The translations under genes and the position numbers were made by a program. The notes below the pieces were generated by a model that worked only from the letters and a program-made list of their open reading frames with translations, had not been told where the DNA came from and ran no database searches. From positions 132,876 to 196,875 of the forward strand of contig JBHLMN010000012.1 of the NCBI GenBank assembly GCA_048938105.1: a stretch of 64,000 nucleotides of DNA. Reading direction: 5' to 3'. Of the stretch, positions 27,310-37,189 are shown one piece after another. Numbering within the stretch: position 1 is the stretch's first letter; each line of letters begins with the position of its first letter. This stretch comes from Promethearchaeota archaeon. GTDB lineage: Archaea > Asgardarchaeota > Heimdallarchaeia > Hodarchaeales > Hodarchaeaceae.

Positions 27310-27435
27310 TCCCAAAGGTTAAGCTAGCTCCCAAATTCAATGACATTTATTCCAGTAATCATCCCAATCTCACTGGAATAGATCATATTTTTTTTCATTC
27401 TATTTCGATAATATAATTTCATATAGGACTCCCAA
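27310..27435 (+). repeat. Array of four TCCCAA boxes upstream of the second CPBP-like gene
   Basis: TCCCAA at 27310, 27329, 27362 and 27430, all on the same strand, in an otherwise very AT-rich 318-bp intergenic region. Confidence 0.35.
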
Positions 27436-27557
27436 GGAAACCCATGAATTCATTCAGGGAAGGAATTGGGGATGGAAAAAAGATTATTTGCATTATTATT
27501 AACAAAACATTATAAATAAAAAAAAACATTAAATGATATTTGTTTGTGCAGTAGGAT

Positions 27558-28742
27558 ATGGAAAATCAAAATAAAGGAAGTAGTTGGTTTATTTTCTCTA
27601 CACCAGCTATTCTTGCTGCGGGTTATCTTTCATTGCAATTTTTAATCGAATTCCTTGTAGCATTGCTGCTTTTTATCGTTCAATTAACCGATGATATTGT
27701 GATAAGTAAGTTTATTGTCTTAATTATTAGTCAGATGCTTCTTACCGTGATAATTATCTTTGTGATAACCCCTTTCCTGAAAATTAAAGATGTTGAGTTT
27801 ACTACTGTTAGCTATACTAGTTTTCTAAAATTTATTGCAGTTTTTTGTCTATTCTGGGCGATTACGATACCTATTACCCTAATTTTTTCAGTTTTTTCCA
27901 CTAATTTCAGTATAGGGGAAGCAATCTATGAAAAAACATTACCACTGTCGATCGGTCATCGTGGAAATCTATTCTCAGTCATCATGTGGTTACTAGCTGG
28001 TACTCTAAGCTTTGCCATATTTATGGAATATTTATTTCGAAGAACATTGATACCATTATTCGAAAAGCGTGGTTTATCTCCTTTTGCTGCAGTTATCACT
28101 TCAAGTATTGCTTTTGCTTTAGTTAGCATACCAAATTATCTCGGAATCCAACTAACAATTCTTACAGAATCCAACTTATTAATTCTATATTTTAGTAGAT
28201 ATGGATTATTAAATTCACTTTTCTGTTCCTTAAACCTTTTTATGACAACATTTATCCTTGGAATGGCTTGTGGAATTGTATATATCCTAACAAGAAATGT
28301 CATATTTTCAATTATGGTACATTGTCTTGGTATACTTCCCTACTACTTGATAGATTTATTTCATGATAATATTATGTTCGATTTATTGTTAGGTATTTTA
28401 ATTATTGTGATTAACATTTCAGGCCTTCTTGTTGCCTTATTCACGAGTCATACTATTTTTAAAGCTTCATCCCAGACTGACTGGATTACTATCCTTAAGA
28501 AAAAGTCGGAAGTAAACATCAATCGCGGAATAACTGGATTCTTTATTACTTTTTGGGGAATAATTATTAATATTGTGATATTCATTGGTTTACTTGCCGA
28601 ACATGCTCCTATTATAGTTGCTCTATTGTTTAATATTATATTTCTTGGATTTTGCACTAAATATTTACGAGAAGATTCAATAGAGGATAAATCACCCACT
28701 GATCATAATGAAATGAAAGAATATGGTGAAATAAGTGAATAG
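27558..28742 (+). CDS. CPBP family-like intramembrane protease (divergent)
   Basis: MEYLFRRTLIP (E-x-x-x-R with the first Glu pair degenerate) and SIMVHCLG in a 394-aa polytopic protein. Confidence 0.45.
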   Translation: MENQNKGSSWFIFSTPAILAAGYLSLQFLIEFLVALLLFIVQLTDDIVISKFIVLIISQMLLTVIIIFVITPFLKIKDVEFTTVSYTSFLKFIAVFCLFWAITIPITLIFSVFSTNFSIGEAIYEKTLPLSIGHRGNLFSVIMWLLAGTLSFAIFMEYLFRRTLIPLFEKRGLSPFAAVITSSIAFALVSIPNYLGIQLTILTESNLLILYFSRYGLLNSLFCSLNLFMTTFILGMACGIVYILTRNVIFSIMVHCLGILPYYLIDLFHDNIMFDLLLGILIIVINISGLLVALFTSHTIFKASSQTDWITILKKKSEVNINRGITGFFITFWGIIINIVIFIGLLAEHAPIIVALLFNIIFLGFCTKYLREDSIEDKSPTDHNEMKEYGEISE

Positions 28743-29820
28743 GAACATCAATTTACCTGTTAGTATCTTATTCATCATCATTGTTATATGGGGAATTAAT
28801 AGTGGGATCCTTTGGTTAAATCTGTACAACCAACAGATTCAAGATAAAACATGGTTAAGCTCAACACCAGAGGCTCAGGGGATGGATGCAGAAATACTTG
28901 AACAAGTAATTGGAGATATTAAACAGGAAAAGATAGGCATTGACTCATTGCTAATAATCCGTCATGGGTATATAGTATTTGAAAACTACCCGAATTTAGA
29001 GGAGTATCTTAGTCATATTATGTCCAATCAGGATAATATGCACTCTTTATATTCAGTTACAAAAAGCTTTACTTCTACCCTCATAGGTATAGCAATAAAA
29101 GAAGGATACATTGAAAATACCAGTTTAAAAGTGGTTGACTTTTTTCCTGACAAAATGATTGAAAACTTGGACTCCCGAAAGAAGAACATGACCCTTGACC
29201 ACCTTTTAACTATGACTTCGGGTTTTGAATGGGATGAGTGGACTGGTGACAGCGCAATTAAGATGTTGGGAAGTGCTAATCCTATTGAACATATGCTTAA
29301 TCTACCTATGAAATATGATCCAGGAACTGTATTGGTCTATTGTACTGGAGCATCTCATCTGTTGTCTGCAATCATCCAGAAAGCAACAGGACACACAACT
29401 CTTGAATTCGCTCGTAAATACCTCTTTAAACCACTGGGAGTATCTGAAGTACAATGGACTTATGATCAACAAAATGTTTATCATGGGGGTCATGGTTTAT
29501 CTTTAAGATCCCGAGATATAGCCAAACTTGGTTATTTGTACCTGAATCATGGTATATGGAATGGAAAGCAAATTATATCAAAAGACTGGGTAAACAAATC
29601 AACCCAAACCTATAATTTCTTCCATGAAGATAACGGTTATGGATATCATTGGTGGACATGGCCTCAAAGTAATGTATATTATGCAAGTGGTCTATATGGT
29701 CAGAGAATTTATGTGGCTCCAGATTATGATCTGGTGGTTGTTTTCACAGCGAATATTTCAAATGAATTGGTGTTAGATGATTTATTCAATTCCATACTAA
29801 TTTCTATAACCTCTAAATAA
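28735..29820 (+). CDS. Serine hydrolase, beta-lactamase/PBP (class C-like) family, membrane anchored
   Basis: SxxK motif in YSVTKSFTSTLIG. N-terminal signal anchor. GTG start overlapping the previous stop. Confidence 0.65.
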   Translation: MNRNINLPVSILFIIIVIWGINSGILWLNLYNQQIQDKTWLSSTPEAQGMDAEILEQVIGDIKQEKIGIDSLLIIRHGYIVFENYPNLEEYLSHIMSNQDNMHSLYSVTKSFTSTLIGIAIKEGYIENTSLKVVDFFPDKMIENLDSRKKNMTLDHLLTMTSGFEWDEWTGDSAIKMLGSANPIEHMLNLPMKYDPGTVLVYCTGASHLLSAIIQKATGHTTLEFARKYLFKPLGVSEVQWTYDQQNVYHGGHGLSLRSRDIAKLGYLYLNHGIWNGKQIISKDWVNKSTQTYNFFHEDNGYGYHWWTWPQSNVYYASGLYGQRIYVAPDYDLVVVFTANISNELVLDDLFNSILISITSK

Positions 29821-29961
29821 GTGAATTTAATCCTTCAGTTCTTACTTTTTCTATTGATTTTTAAATTTACTATAATCCTAAATGGATCTAAGAAAAGGTA
29901 TTGATAGATCTTTCAGATTCTAAGAAGCTGGGATTAATACTTAAGTAAAAAAAAGAAGATT

Positions 29962-30576
29962 GTGAATGCCATGAATAGTATTCCTAAATCAGTTCTTGCT
30001 TCCCTTGAATACTCCACTGATGGCAAAACATGGTTACAAGGGAAAGGAGAGCGTTTTATTAGAAAATTAGGGATTAAGGAAGACCAATCAATACTTGACT
30101 TTGGCTGTCGTATTGGTCATTATGTAATACCTAGTGCTGTCGTTGTTGGGCCAACTGGGCGAGTTTATGCTCTTGACAAAGACCATGATTCTCTAGATTT
30201 TTTAATAGAAAATGCAAAGAAACTCGATTTAATTAATCGCATCATTCCGATTAAGACTACAGGAGAGCTGAATATATCCCTAGAGAATGATTGTATTGAT
30301 ACCGTCCTTTTATATGATATTATTCATATAATCATTGGTATTGATGGCACTCTTAAACCTCTTCAGTTGTTATTAACCGAACTATCTCGGATTCTTAAAT
30401 CTGGAGGGTTATTATCCGTATTTATATCAGCAAATCACTTAAGCAAAATAAATTACACAAAACAAGATATTATTGATGAAATTAACAAAATTTTTACTTA
30501 TAGGAACATGTTCAAGGAAGAAATGATGCACTGGGATTGGTTAATGGAAGGACAAGTTGAGAATTTTAATCTTTGA
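29962..30576 (+). CDS. Class I SAM-dependent methyltransferase
   Basis: Motif I ILDFGCRIGHY, acidic strand end YALDKD, motif post-II VLLYDIIH. Confidence 0.6.
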   Translation: MNAMNSIPKSVLASLEYSTDGKTWLQGKGERFIRKLGIKEDQSILDFGCRIGHYVIPSAVVVGPTGRVYALDKDHDSLDFLIENAKKLDLINRIIPIKTTGELNISLENDCIDTVLLYDIIHIIIGIDGTLKPLQLLLTELSRILKSGGLLSVFISANHLSKINYTKQDIIDEINKIFTYRNMFKEEMMHWDWLMEGQVENFNL

Positions 30577-30604
30577 GTAAGCATACCTTAAATAATAGTT
30601 TCTT

Positions 30605-32071
30605 CTATTGATTCATAAAACAACCTAGCACTTGAGTTTGAAATGCTTTTTTGTCTTCAAGCGCCAGAAACCATTCAACTAGCTTAACTGCCTCAAAAAA
30701 CACATTGTGCTGTTCAAATTCAAAATTCGCGGTCACTTCGATGGGAGGATTAGTAATTGATTTTACATAGTCGTCTGTAAACAGAGTTGCCTTGAATCTT
30801 TCCAGATCAGTTAATATTGTAAGCAATTTTGTATAATCATAACCCCTTTTAGCATTTGCGTGAACTAACAGAGCTCCAACAATTTCGACAATTTCCTCCC
30901 ATTTATCTGATTTAAAATCCTTTACTAACATTTCTTTAGAGACATAAAGAGCTTTTCTAACGTATAGTATCTCTGTAAGAGCTTTTCCTTCTCTTATTCG
31001 ACGACCAGCTTCAACGATGAGTCCCGCGTTTTTCATAATCTGTAAATAATTGTAAACAGTACTTTTTTTCTTTTTACGAGGAGTATAGTTTATTTTTTTC
31101 CCAACTTTTCTATCCTCTTCAATCCTTGCCAAAACTGCGTTATGATGTTGCTCGTGGATCTCGTTAAGAGTCATGGGTTTTCTTAATAATAACAAAATAG
31201 CCCTGTGATTATAATTCCAAACGACTGTATCCCAAGTTTCTACGTCAAGAGTGTGTACCAACATTGGAGTGTATTCGATATAATCAATAGTAGAGGAACC
31301 TGAATCTGAAATATTGTTCTGGTTTTCCCTTTTTGAATCACGGATGTTACCAGTTGGTTTACTCTCATTATAACACGAGCTTAATCTTTCACTAATACAA
31401 TTGAGATCTTTCTTTTGCATTATCCAATGAAAAAGAGAAAAAAGGTCAAATGACTGAGTGATAGTATCGGGATCTGACATGTTAAGTTTCTTGATGAATT
31501 CATTCTTTTCCTTGTCGGATTTAGAGTCTTCTACTAAATCTTTTAGTGCATTTTTTAAGCCACAATATCGTTCAGTCTCGAATTGGTGAAAAAGGTCTTT
31601 CAATAGTTGGACTGAAGGTGGTTTATGGTTGAAATGCTTATCAATAACGGTTCCTATACAAAGGGCTATATTCTCCCCAATTTTATCAGAGGACCATATT
31701 TTGATTTCTGGACGTTCAGGGATTATTATTTCTGCTACCAGATCGTAAAGCACTTTTGAGGATGTGTGAGGAGATTGAAATAATCGACCAGCCTTAATCA
31801 AAATGTCATTATCTAATAAGTCATTCAAGTATCGATAAATTGAACTGACAGATTTCTGAGTATTTTCTCTGTTATTGTACTCCTTGTGGATTTCATCTAT
31901 CGATAATGGCTTATCTGATAAAATCTCAATAATGGGGTGGTAATCTGGATTGTGTACGTATTTATGCCAAATATCTCTATCAATCCCAATGATAAATTGT
32001 CGTTTTTTATTGATAAATGTCTTGACCATAATTTTTCCACAAAAATTGAATCTTGGAATAGATTTTCTCAA
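30605..32071 (-). CDS. Large regulator-like protein with two winged-helix modules
   Basis: IEILSDKPLSIDEIHKEY...YRYLNDLLDNDIL and LLLLRKPMTLNEIHEQH...YNYLQIMKNAGLI. Divergent from the MFS transporter gene. Confidence 0.5.
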   Translation of the reverse strand: MRKSIPRFNFCGKIMVKTFINKKRQFIIGIDRDIWHKYVHNPDYHPIIEILSDKPLSIDEIHKEYNNRENTQKSVSSIYRYLNDLLDNDILIKAGRLFQSPHTSSKVLYDLVAEIIIPERPEIKIWSSDKIGENIALCIGTVIDKHFNHKPPSVQLLKDLFHQFETERYCGLKNALKDLVEDSKSDKEKNEFIKKLNMSDPDTITQSFDLFSLFHWIMQKKDLNCISERLSSCYNESKPTGNIRDSKRENQNNISDSGSSTIDYIEYTPMLVHTLDVETWDTVVWNYNHRAILLLLRKPMTLNEIHEQHHNAVLARIEEDRKVGKKINYTPRKKKKSTVYNYLQIMKNAGLIVEAGRRIREGKALTEILYVRKALYVSKEMLVKDFKSDKWEEIVEIVGALLVHANAKRGYDYTKLLTILTDLERFKATLFTDDYVKSITNPPIEVTANFEFEQHNVFFEAVKLVEWFLALEDKKAFQTQVLGCFMNQ

Positions 32072-32290
32072 ATTGGATAATAAAATTTTTGCATGTTTTC
32101 AAATTATTTTTAGCCAATATCATAAGATTTAAAAAAAGCTGAGGAACATCTGGTTTTTCATAGAATATATTTGAAAAAAGATGAAAAATATAATAGAATT
32201 CGTATTTCTAGAGAAATATCGATTTTCAATAGTTTAATCTCTAAAAATAATATTCTTAATGCATTTAAATTCTCTTAGGTGTAGGAATGA

Positions 32291-33637
32291 ATGGTAATTC
32301 GTCGCTATTTAGGTATTGAGAGTTTACCAGAGGAAGCAAAATCAATGGTTAAGAATTTTTTAACAATCGAATTGTTAAATTCGTTTTTATTTAGCTTATC
32401 TAGCACATTCTATATTCTCAATGCCATTGACAAAATTGGATTTACTTTGGCTGCAGTCATCACTTCAGTGATGTTAATGATTCAGCTCATGTGTGATTTT
32501 CCCTCTGGATCATTAGGCGATTATATTGGCCAGAAGTGGGTGATGACACTTGCTTATATCTGTTATAGTATGGCCTTCTTTTTATTATCAATAGCTCAGA
32601 CATTTCCAATTTTTCTATTGATAGCATTATTCAATGGCTTAGGAAATGCTCAATCTTCTGGAACAATTGAATCTTGGTTCGACTCAAACTATAAAAGAAC
32701 ATCAAAACAGTTTGACCCTGAAAGGAAGGTTTATGGTTTTGTAAGAGATCGTGTAGGTCTTGCCACCAATATTTCTCTTGCCATTTCATTCATGATAGGT
32801 GGGACTCTAGCTACCGTTTTTTCACGTCAACTTGTTTTTTTTCTCCAGGTTTTTTTGACCATTTTTCTGATTGTGTATACTTTGAAAAATCTTAATGATA
32901 TAGATTTCGATGGTGATCTCTCTGGTGAGAGCGAATCCCAAAAACGGTCTTACGTCCAATATCTTAAAGGAGGAATCAAGTTTATGTTTCTAAGTAAAGC
33001 CACGTTTTTCCTCATACTTGGTCTAGCAATCTATCAAGTAACTTGGTTGATTTGGGGCAATTTAATTCTTTTTCCTCTCTATTTTGGTTATACAGGCTCA
33101 GATTTCGGAACAAGTGTTATTAGGACAATTATCTTTCTCTTAGAAATCCCTGCAAGGTTGTATGTCGCTAAATGGAGTACCCGCTTTAAAAATGCCCAGT
33201 TCCCCTTCTTCCTTTTTCTTCATCTGTCTATCTTCTTTCCTGCTTATCTCATATTGTTCTTGTTATTACCTCCCCAAAATAGTTTCAATTTGATTGGATT
33301 TCTAGCCACTATAATTATAATGAATGTATCCAACAGTTTCATTGTAAGGATAGCATACATTCTGCGAGATCGAATTATTATTGATTTAGTTCCTTCAGAG
33401 GTTAGAAATTCGGTTTATTCACTAATCCCAACAATAATCTCTGTTTTTGGAATTCCACTGCTTGTTATTGTTGGTCAATTGGTGGAATATTTTGGATTGA
33501 TCGCTGGGGTTGTATTTGCTTTTGGGATTTGCATCACTGGTTCTTCAATTCTGCTTATTTCCTTGAAACTAGGCCCTATTACTAAATTAGCTGAAGATAT
33601 CCAGCTTACGAGTTCAAAGACTATTATAGGGGGATGA
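32291..33637 (+). CDS. MFS-type transporter
   Basis: 448 aa and about 12 TM helices in two bundles separated by a charged loop. GSLGDYIGQKW resembles the MFS loop 2-3 motif. Confidence 0.5.
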   Translation: MVIRRYLGIESLPEEAKSMVKNFLTIELLNSFLFSLSSTFYILNAIDKIGFTLAAVITSVMLMIQLMCDFPSGSLGDYIGQKWVMTLAYICYSMAFFLLSIAQTFPIFLLIALFNGLGNAQSSGTIESWFDSNYKRTSKQFDPERKVYGFVRDRVGLATNISLAISFMIGGTLATVFSRQLVFFLQVFLTIFLIVYTLKNLNDIDFDGDLSGESESQKRSYVQYLKGGIKFMFLSKATFFLILGLAIYQVTWLIWGNLILFPLYFGYTGSDFGTSVIRTIIFLLEIPARLYVAKWSTRFKNAQFPFFLFLHLSIFFPAYLILFLLLPPQNSFNLIGFLATIIIMNVSNSFIVRIAYILRDRIIIDLVPSEVRNSVYSLIPTIISVFGIPLLVIVGQLVEYFGLIAGVVFAFGICITGSSILLISLKLGPITKLAEDIQLTSSKTIIGG

Positions 33638-33737
33638 ATAAGGAGTCTTTAAGTGGTTCTCAGAAATGGACCTAGGATGATAGGCTTGATTACGACTTAA
33701 TCCTTGATGTGGTTTAAATACGATCCAAATTATGCCT

Positions 33738-34088
33738 TTATATGTTAGTCTTTCCTTCATCAGTCAACATATTTTGTAGGACTGAAGAAAGGTTGGATGC
33801 ATATTCAACAATGGATTTCCTTCCCTCTATACTTAGATATAAAACAGTTGTGGGCTTTAGGTCTATAAACTTTTTTTTAACCTCAATAAATCCTTTATTC
33901 TGGAGTTTTTTTATGTGAGACGATAAATTTCCACTTGTCAAACCTAAAGCCTTTTGTATAATAGTAAAAGGGGCCCTACCTCGCGGTAGGAGGAACATTA
34001 GAATAGAAAGCCGTGTTGGATTATGGAGATCTACATCTAATTCCAAGACAGTTTGAATATCATCCTTCTGAGAATCTGCAGCATTCAA
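33738..34088 (-). CDS. Winged-helix transcriptional regulator (ArsR/MarR-like)
   Basis: NPTRLSILMFLLPRGRAPFTIIQKALGLTSGNLSSHIKKLQNKGFIEVKKKF. Confidence 0.65.
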   Translation of the reverse strand: MNAADSQKDDIQTVLELDVDLHNPTRLSILMFLLPRGRAPFTIIQKALGLTSGNLSSHIKKLQNKGFIEVKKKFIDLKPTTVLYLSIEGRKSIVEYASNLSSVLQNMLTDEGKTNI

Positions 34089-34208
34089 CTGGATCGTGAG
34101 GTATAGAAAACAATAATTTTTATGTTTTTGGAATGTCTAGGCAACACGCTTCTCCTTCCCCATAATCTTTATTCCAGTAAAAAATAAACTTATTTTTGCG
34201 ATCGTGGT

Positions 34209-34880
34209 TCATTCAGGAATATCTATCTTCTCTATATAAGTATCTATATATCTTCGATTCCAAAAAGCACCGAAGCAGAAACTAGTTCCAAAAGTGAAGC
34301 CAAAAATTAAGCCTCCATAGAGGAAAAATTCGGGATCAATAAAATTCCCAAGTAACATGATTATTGCAGCAGAAAATGATACTATTGGAACCATGAGATA
34401 ACCCTGTTTAGGTAAAATCTCTTCATATTTCAAATAATATTTTTTATCTTGTACTAATGCTGTAAATCCACTTATAAGGGCAATCGTTGGAAAAGTTAGA
34501 TATTGTAATTTAGCAAAGCTGAAAAAGATTACAGCTACTCCCATTATAAAGAAACTTCCAATTAGAAATAGGTTATTACTATTAATTCCTTTTTCTTGAG
34601 TTTTTCGACTGTATATGTTCGTGAGATGACGATCAGAAAAACTTTGGATAATTAAACCTGAAACCATCGCTAGTATCCATGGTGTAATACTTGCAAGTCC
34701 AAAGAATTGCAAACTTGAAAACACGCCATCTAAGATCCCTGCACCTACCAAAAGTAATCCCCAGATAAGACGAGCCATACTATCCTTTTGAATCATAAAT
34801 GTTTTCTCAAAAGCCTTTACTCGGTTCATATAATAGAGTAATTGTTTAATATCTGCAGGTGAAATTATGCTATTTTCCAT
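34209..34880 (-). CDS. Polytopic membrane protein, unknown function
   Basis: 223 aa and about 6 TM helices, upstream of the wHTH gene on the same strand. Confidence 0.5.
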   Translation of the reverse strand: MENSIISPADIKQLLYYMNRVKAFEKTFMIQKDSMARLIWGLLLVGAGILDGVFSSLQFFGLASITPWILAMVSGLIIQSFSDRHLTNIYSRKTQEKGINSNNLFLIGSFFIMGVAVIFFSFAKLQYLTFPTIALISGFTALVQDKKYYLKYEEILPKQGYLMVPIVSFSAAIIMLLGNFIDPEFFLYGGLIFGFTFGTSFCFGAFWNRRYIDTYIEKIDIPE

Positions 34881-35043
34881 AGGAACATATATTCATTCTA
34901 AGTTTATATATGACCTACTAACTTTGAACCACAAAGTGGCTTGTTATTCAAACTTCTTGGCGTTACGGCTATTATTGCTATTATTTAAGGAGGGAAAAAT
35001 TAGTACCAATCAGATTAAACAATTAGAAAAAACAAAATGAAAA

Positions 35044-36003
35044 ATGGGAATGAAACAGATGTCAATAATTATCGAAACAAATGGGCTTAGTAAAACCTTC
35101 AATGGTGTCCAAGCCCTAAAACCATTAAATCTAAAGGTACGAAAAAACTCAATTTTTGGATTTCTTGGTCCAAACGGTGCTGGTAAGACCACCACGATGA
35201 AATTATTACTTGGACTTATCAAACCTACAAATGGTGGTGGTACTATCTTTGGTCATGATATTGTACAAGATAATATCAACATTCGAGCTCGTATTGGTTA
35301 CTTACCACAAGATCTTAACATTAAAACCCTTGAACATTTGAGTGCACGTGAATTACTCCGTTTTGCAGCCAAATTCTATTTTAAGGGTCCTAAAAAGATG
35401 ATTGAAGATCGAGTACAAGAAATGCTTGATCTGGTAGGTCTAGCGGAGAAAGCTGATAGGCCAATTGCAGGTTTTTCTGGTGGAGAAGTTCAGCGTTTGG
35501 GGATCGCTCAAGCCCAAATCAATTACCCTGATTTACTAATATTAGATGAACCAGCTGCTTCCCTTGACCCGATTGGTCGTCGTGATGTGCTTGAGGTTAT
35601 GGAAAGGCTTCGTAAGTATACAACTATTTTCTATAGCACTCATATTCTCGACGATGTGCAGAAAGTTAGTGATAGTGTTGCTATTCTTAACAAAGGGGAA
35701 CTGATTGCTCAAGGATCTATTGAGGAGTTATTAGCTGGAAGTGAGGGGTTAATCTATAACATTAAAATCAGAGGTGACACTACTAAAGCTTACAATTACA
35801 TTTCTGGCGAGCCTTGGATAAAAGATATCAATATTCTTGAGAAGAATGGCTATACAACTTGGCAGATAGGAGTAACCGATGCTTCTCTTGCTGAACAAAA
35901 TTTACTCAGACTCTTGCTCAAAGATGAGCAATTAAGAGTCGTTGAATTTCAACAAAAGAGCTTTGAACTAGAAGATGTTTTCCTGAACTTAGTAGAAGGT
36001 TAA
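35044..36003 (+). CDS. ABC transporter ATP-binding protein (ABC-2 type)
   Basis: Walker A GPNGAGKTTT, signature FSGGEVQRLGIAQA, Walker B LLILDEPAASLD. Confidence 0.9.
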   Translation: MGMKQMSIIIETNGLSKTFNGVQALKPLNLKVRKNSIFGFLGPNGAGKTTTMKLLLGLIKPTNGGGTIFGHDIVQDNINIRARIGYLPQDLNIKTLEHLSARELLRFAAKFYFKGPKKMIEDRVQEMLDLVGLAEKADRPIAGFSGGEVQRLGIAQAQINYPDLLILDEPAASLDPIGRRDVLEVMERLRKYTTIFYSTHILDDVQKVSDSVAILNKGELIAQGSIEELLAGSEGLIYNIKIRGDTTKAYNYISGEPWIKDINILEKNGYTTWQIGVTDASLAEQNLLRLLLKDEQLRVVEFQQKSFELEDVFLNLVEG

Positions 36004-36007
36004 GAAA

Positions 36008-36787
36008 ATGGTAACAAACTCAGAATTTAATTTAAGAACAGTAAAAGGGTGGAGAACTGGTTTAAATAACCTATTATCTGCGGAATTTGGTCGTTGGGGA
36101 ACCAAAGATTGGTATATTGCGATGGCCCTTTGGGTGGGGATTATTAACCTATCCCTTCTTGGGATGCTTTCTGGAATAGAAGATGTACCAGCTGCATTAA
36201 TGGTACTAGGATTACTTGCTGGAATGTTTCCAGTAATAAATGTCGTCATCTTATTGCAAGATGTTATTATTGGAGAAAAAGAAACTGGAACTGCTGGATG
36301 GATCCTTTCTAAGCCCGTTTCGCGTTCTGCATATATTCTTTCTAAACTAATAGGTAATGTTATCGGAATCGTTGTGAGCTTAGCCATAGTCCCTGGAATT
36401 GTAGCATATGCAATTTTCTATCTAGTTGGAGGAGTGTTACTACCTGTTGGTTCCTTCATTTTGGCAATTGCACTTCTCGCTCTCAGTTTGGTCTTCTTTT
36501 TAACCATGACCCTAATGTTAGGTACTTTATTGGATAATAGAGGAGGAGTCATTGGGATTCCAATGTTACTTGGTCCTGGGTACATGTTATATTATAGTCT
36601 GCCTTTCTTATCAGTGATTCATCCGTTAGCCATGTTTTTTCCTTCAGGGAATGTCGATATTACTTTTTTTGGTGCTGTTGCATTAGGAAAGCCAGTAGGA
36701 TCTTTGCTTCCGTTGTTTACGACCATTCTAGGTATCGTTGTATTTACAATTGTAGCTCTGTGGCGTTTTAATCGTGAAGAGTTGTAA
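36008..36787 (+). CDS. ABC-2 type transporter permease
   Basis: 259-aa polytopic protein 4 nt after the ATPase gene. Confidence 0.6.
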   Translation: MVTNSEFNLRTVKGWRTGLNNLLSAEFGRWGTKDWYIAMALWVGIINLSLLGMLSGIEDVPAALMVLGLLAGMFPVINVVILLQDVIIGEKETGTAGWILSKPVSRSAYILSKLIGNVIGIVVSLAIVPGIVAYAIFYLVGGVLLPVGSFILAIALLALSLVFFLTMTLMLGTLLDNRGGVIGIPMLLGPGYMLYYSLPFLSVIHPLAMFFPSGNVDITFFGAVALGKPVGSLLPLFTTILGIVVFTIVALWRFNREEL

Positions 36788-36837
36788 TTACCTTTACCAC
36801 CTCCTTCCTTTTTTATTAAAATCTTGGTGAAAGAAAA

Positions 36838-37128
36838 TTGATACAATCAATCAAAATCCTTCGACCTAATCAAAAAATAAAACTAGTGCTTCTTTTCTGT
36901 TCATTAGGGTTTTCATCATTATTATTTGCGATTTTTCTAAACGTCTTCAAGATTGGATTTATTTTTTCTGTGTTGTGTTGGATGATCACTGGTGTTATAG
37001 AATCGTCCTACAATCAAAAGGAGCTAGAGAATCCAGTATTATCTTTCTCCCCACAGAATTTTATTGTCATGAGTTCAGTTGGAATTGTGATTATTAGTCT
37101 TTTTACTATTCTTCTCTTTCTTCATTAG
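36838..37128 (+). CDS. Small membrane protein (3 TM), hypothetical
   Basis: 96 aa, TTG start in the track, hydrophobic helices. Weak support. Confidence 0.3.
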   Translation: MIQSIKILRPNQKIKLVLLFCSLGFSSLLFAIFLNVFKIGFIFSVLCWMITGVIESSYNQKELENPVLSFSPQNFIVMSSVGIVIISLFTILLFLH

Positions 37129-37189
37129 CTGGTATATTTTTTACCTGTTATTGGCTCTTTTTATGGCAGATAGAAAGAGATATATTGCG

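Noticed and set aside
34150-34180. Possible third copy (tccttccccataatct, plus strand) of the repeat found at 54052 and 56157.
   Set aside because: Only about 15-17 nt match, the orientation relative to the flanking genes is opposite, and there is no amino-acid-level similarity. It is probably chance.
35989-36387. 132-aa ORF antisense to the ABC-2 permease gene. Similar antisense or overlapping track ORFs include 756..1025, 2807..3094, 3257..3445, 6824..7045, 6884..7177, 10104..10286, 10605..10829, 11760..11978, 12435..12620, 12909..13175, 18941..19156, 20755..20952, 22485..22673, 24485..24670, 25118..25300, 26729..27073, 27077..27262, 28448..28699, 29302..29493, 29315..29506, 31950..32132, 35010..35222, 36619..36846, 38969..39154, 40861..41151, 41941..42186, 42542..42859, 43576..43860, 45100..45372, 47858..48070, 53010..53222, 54578..54784, 54797..54982, 55304..55549, 57834..58085, 59040..59225, 60068..60448 and 60770..60973.
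   Set aside because: Each lies inside, or largely overlaps, a longer ORF that has clear family motifs. Their translations are low-complexity or compositionally odd, as expected for shadow frames in AT-rich DNA.
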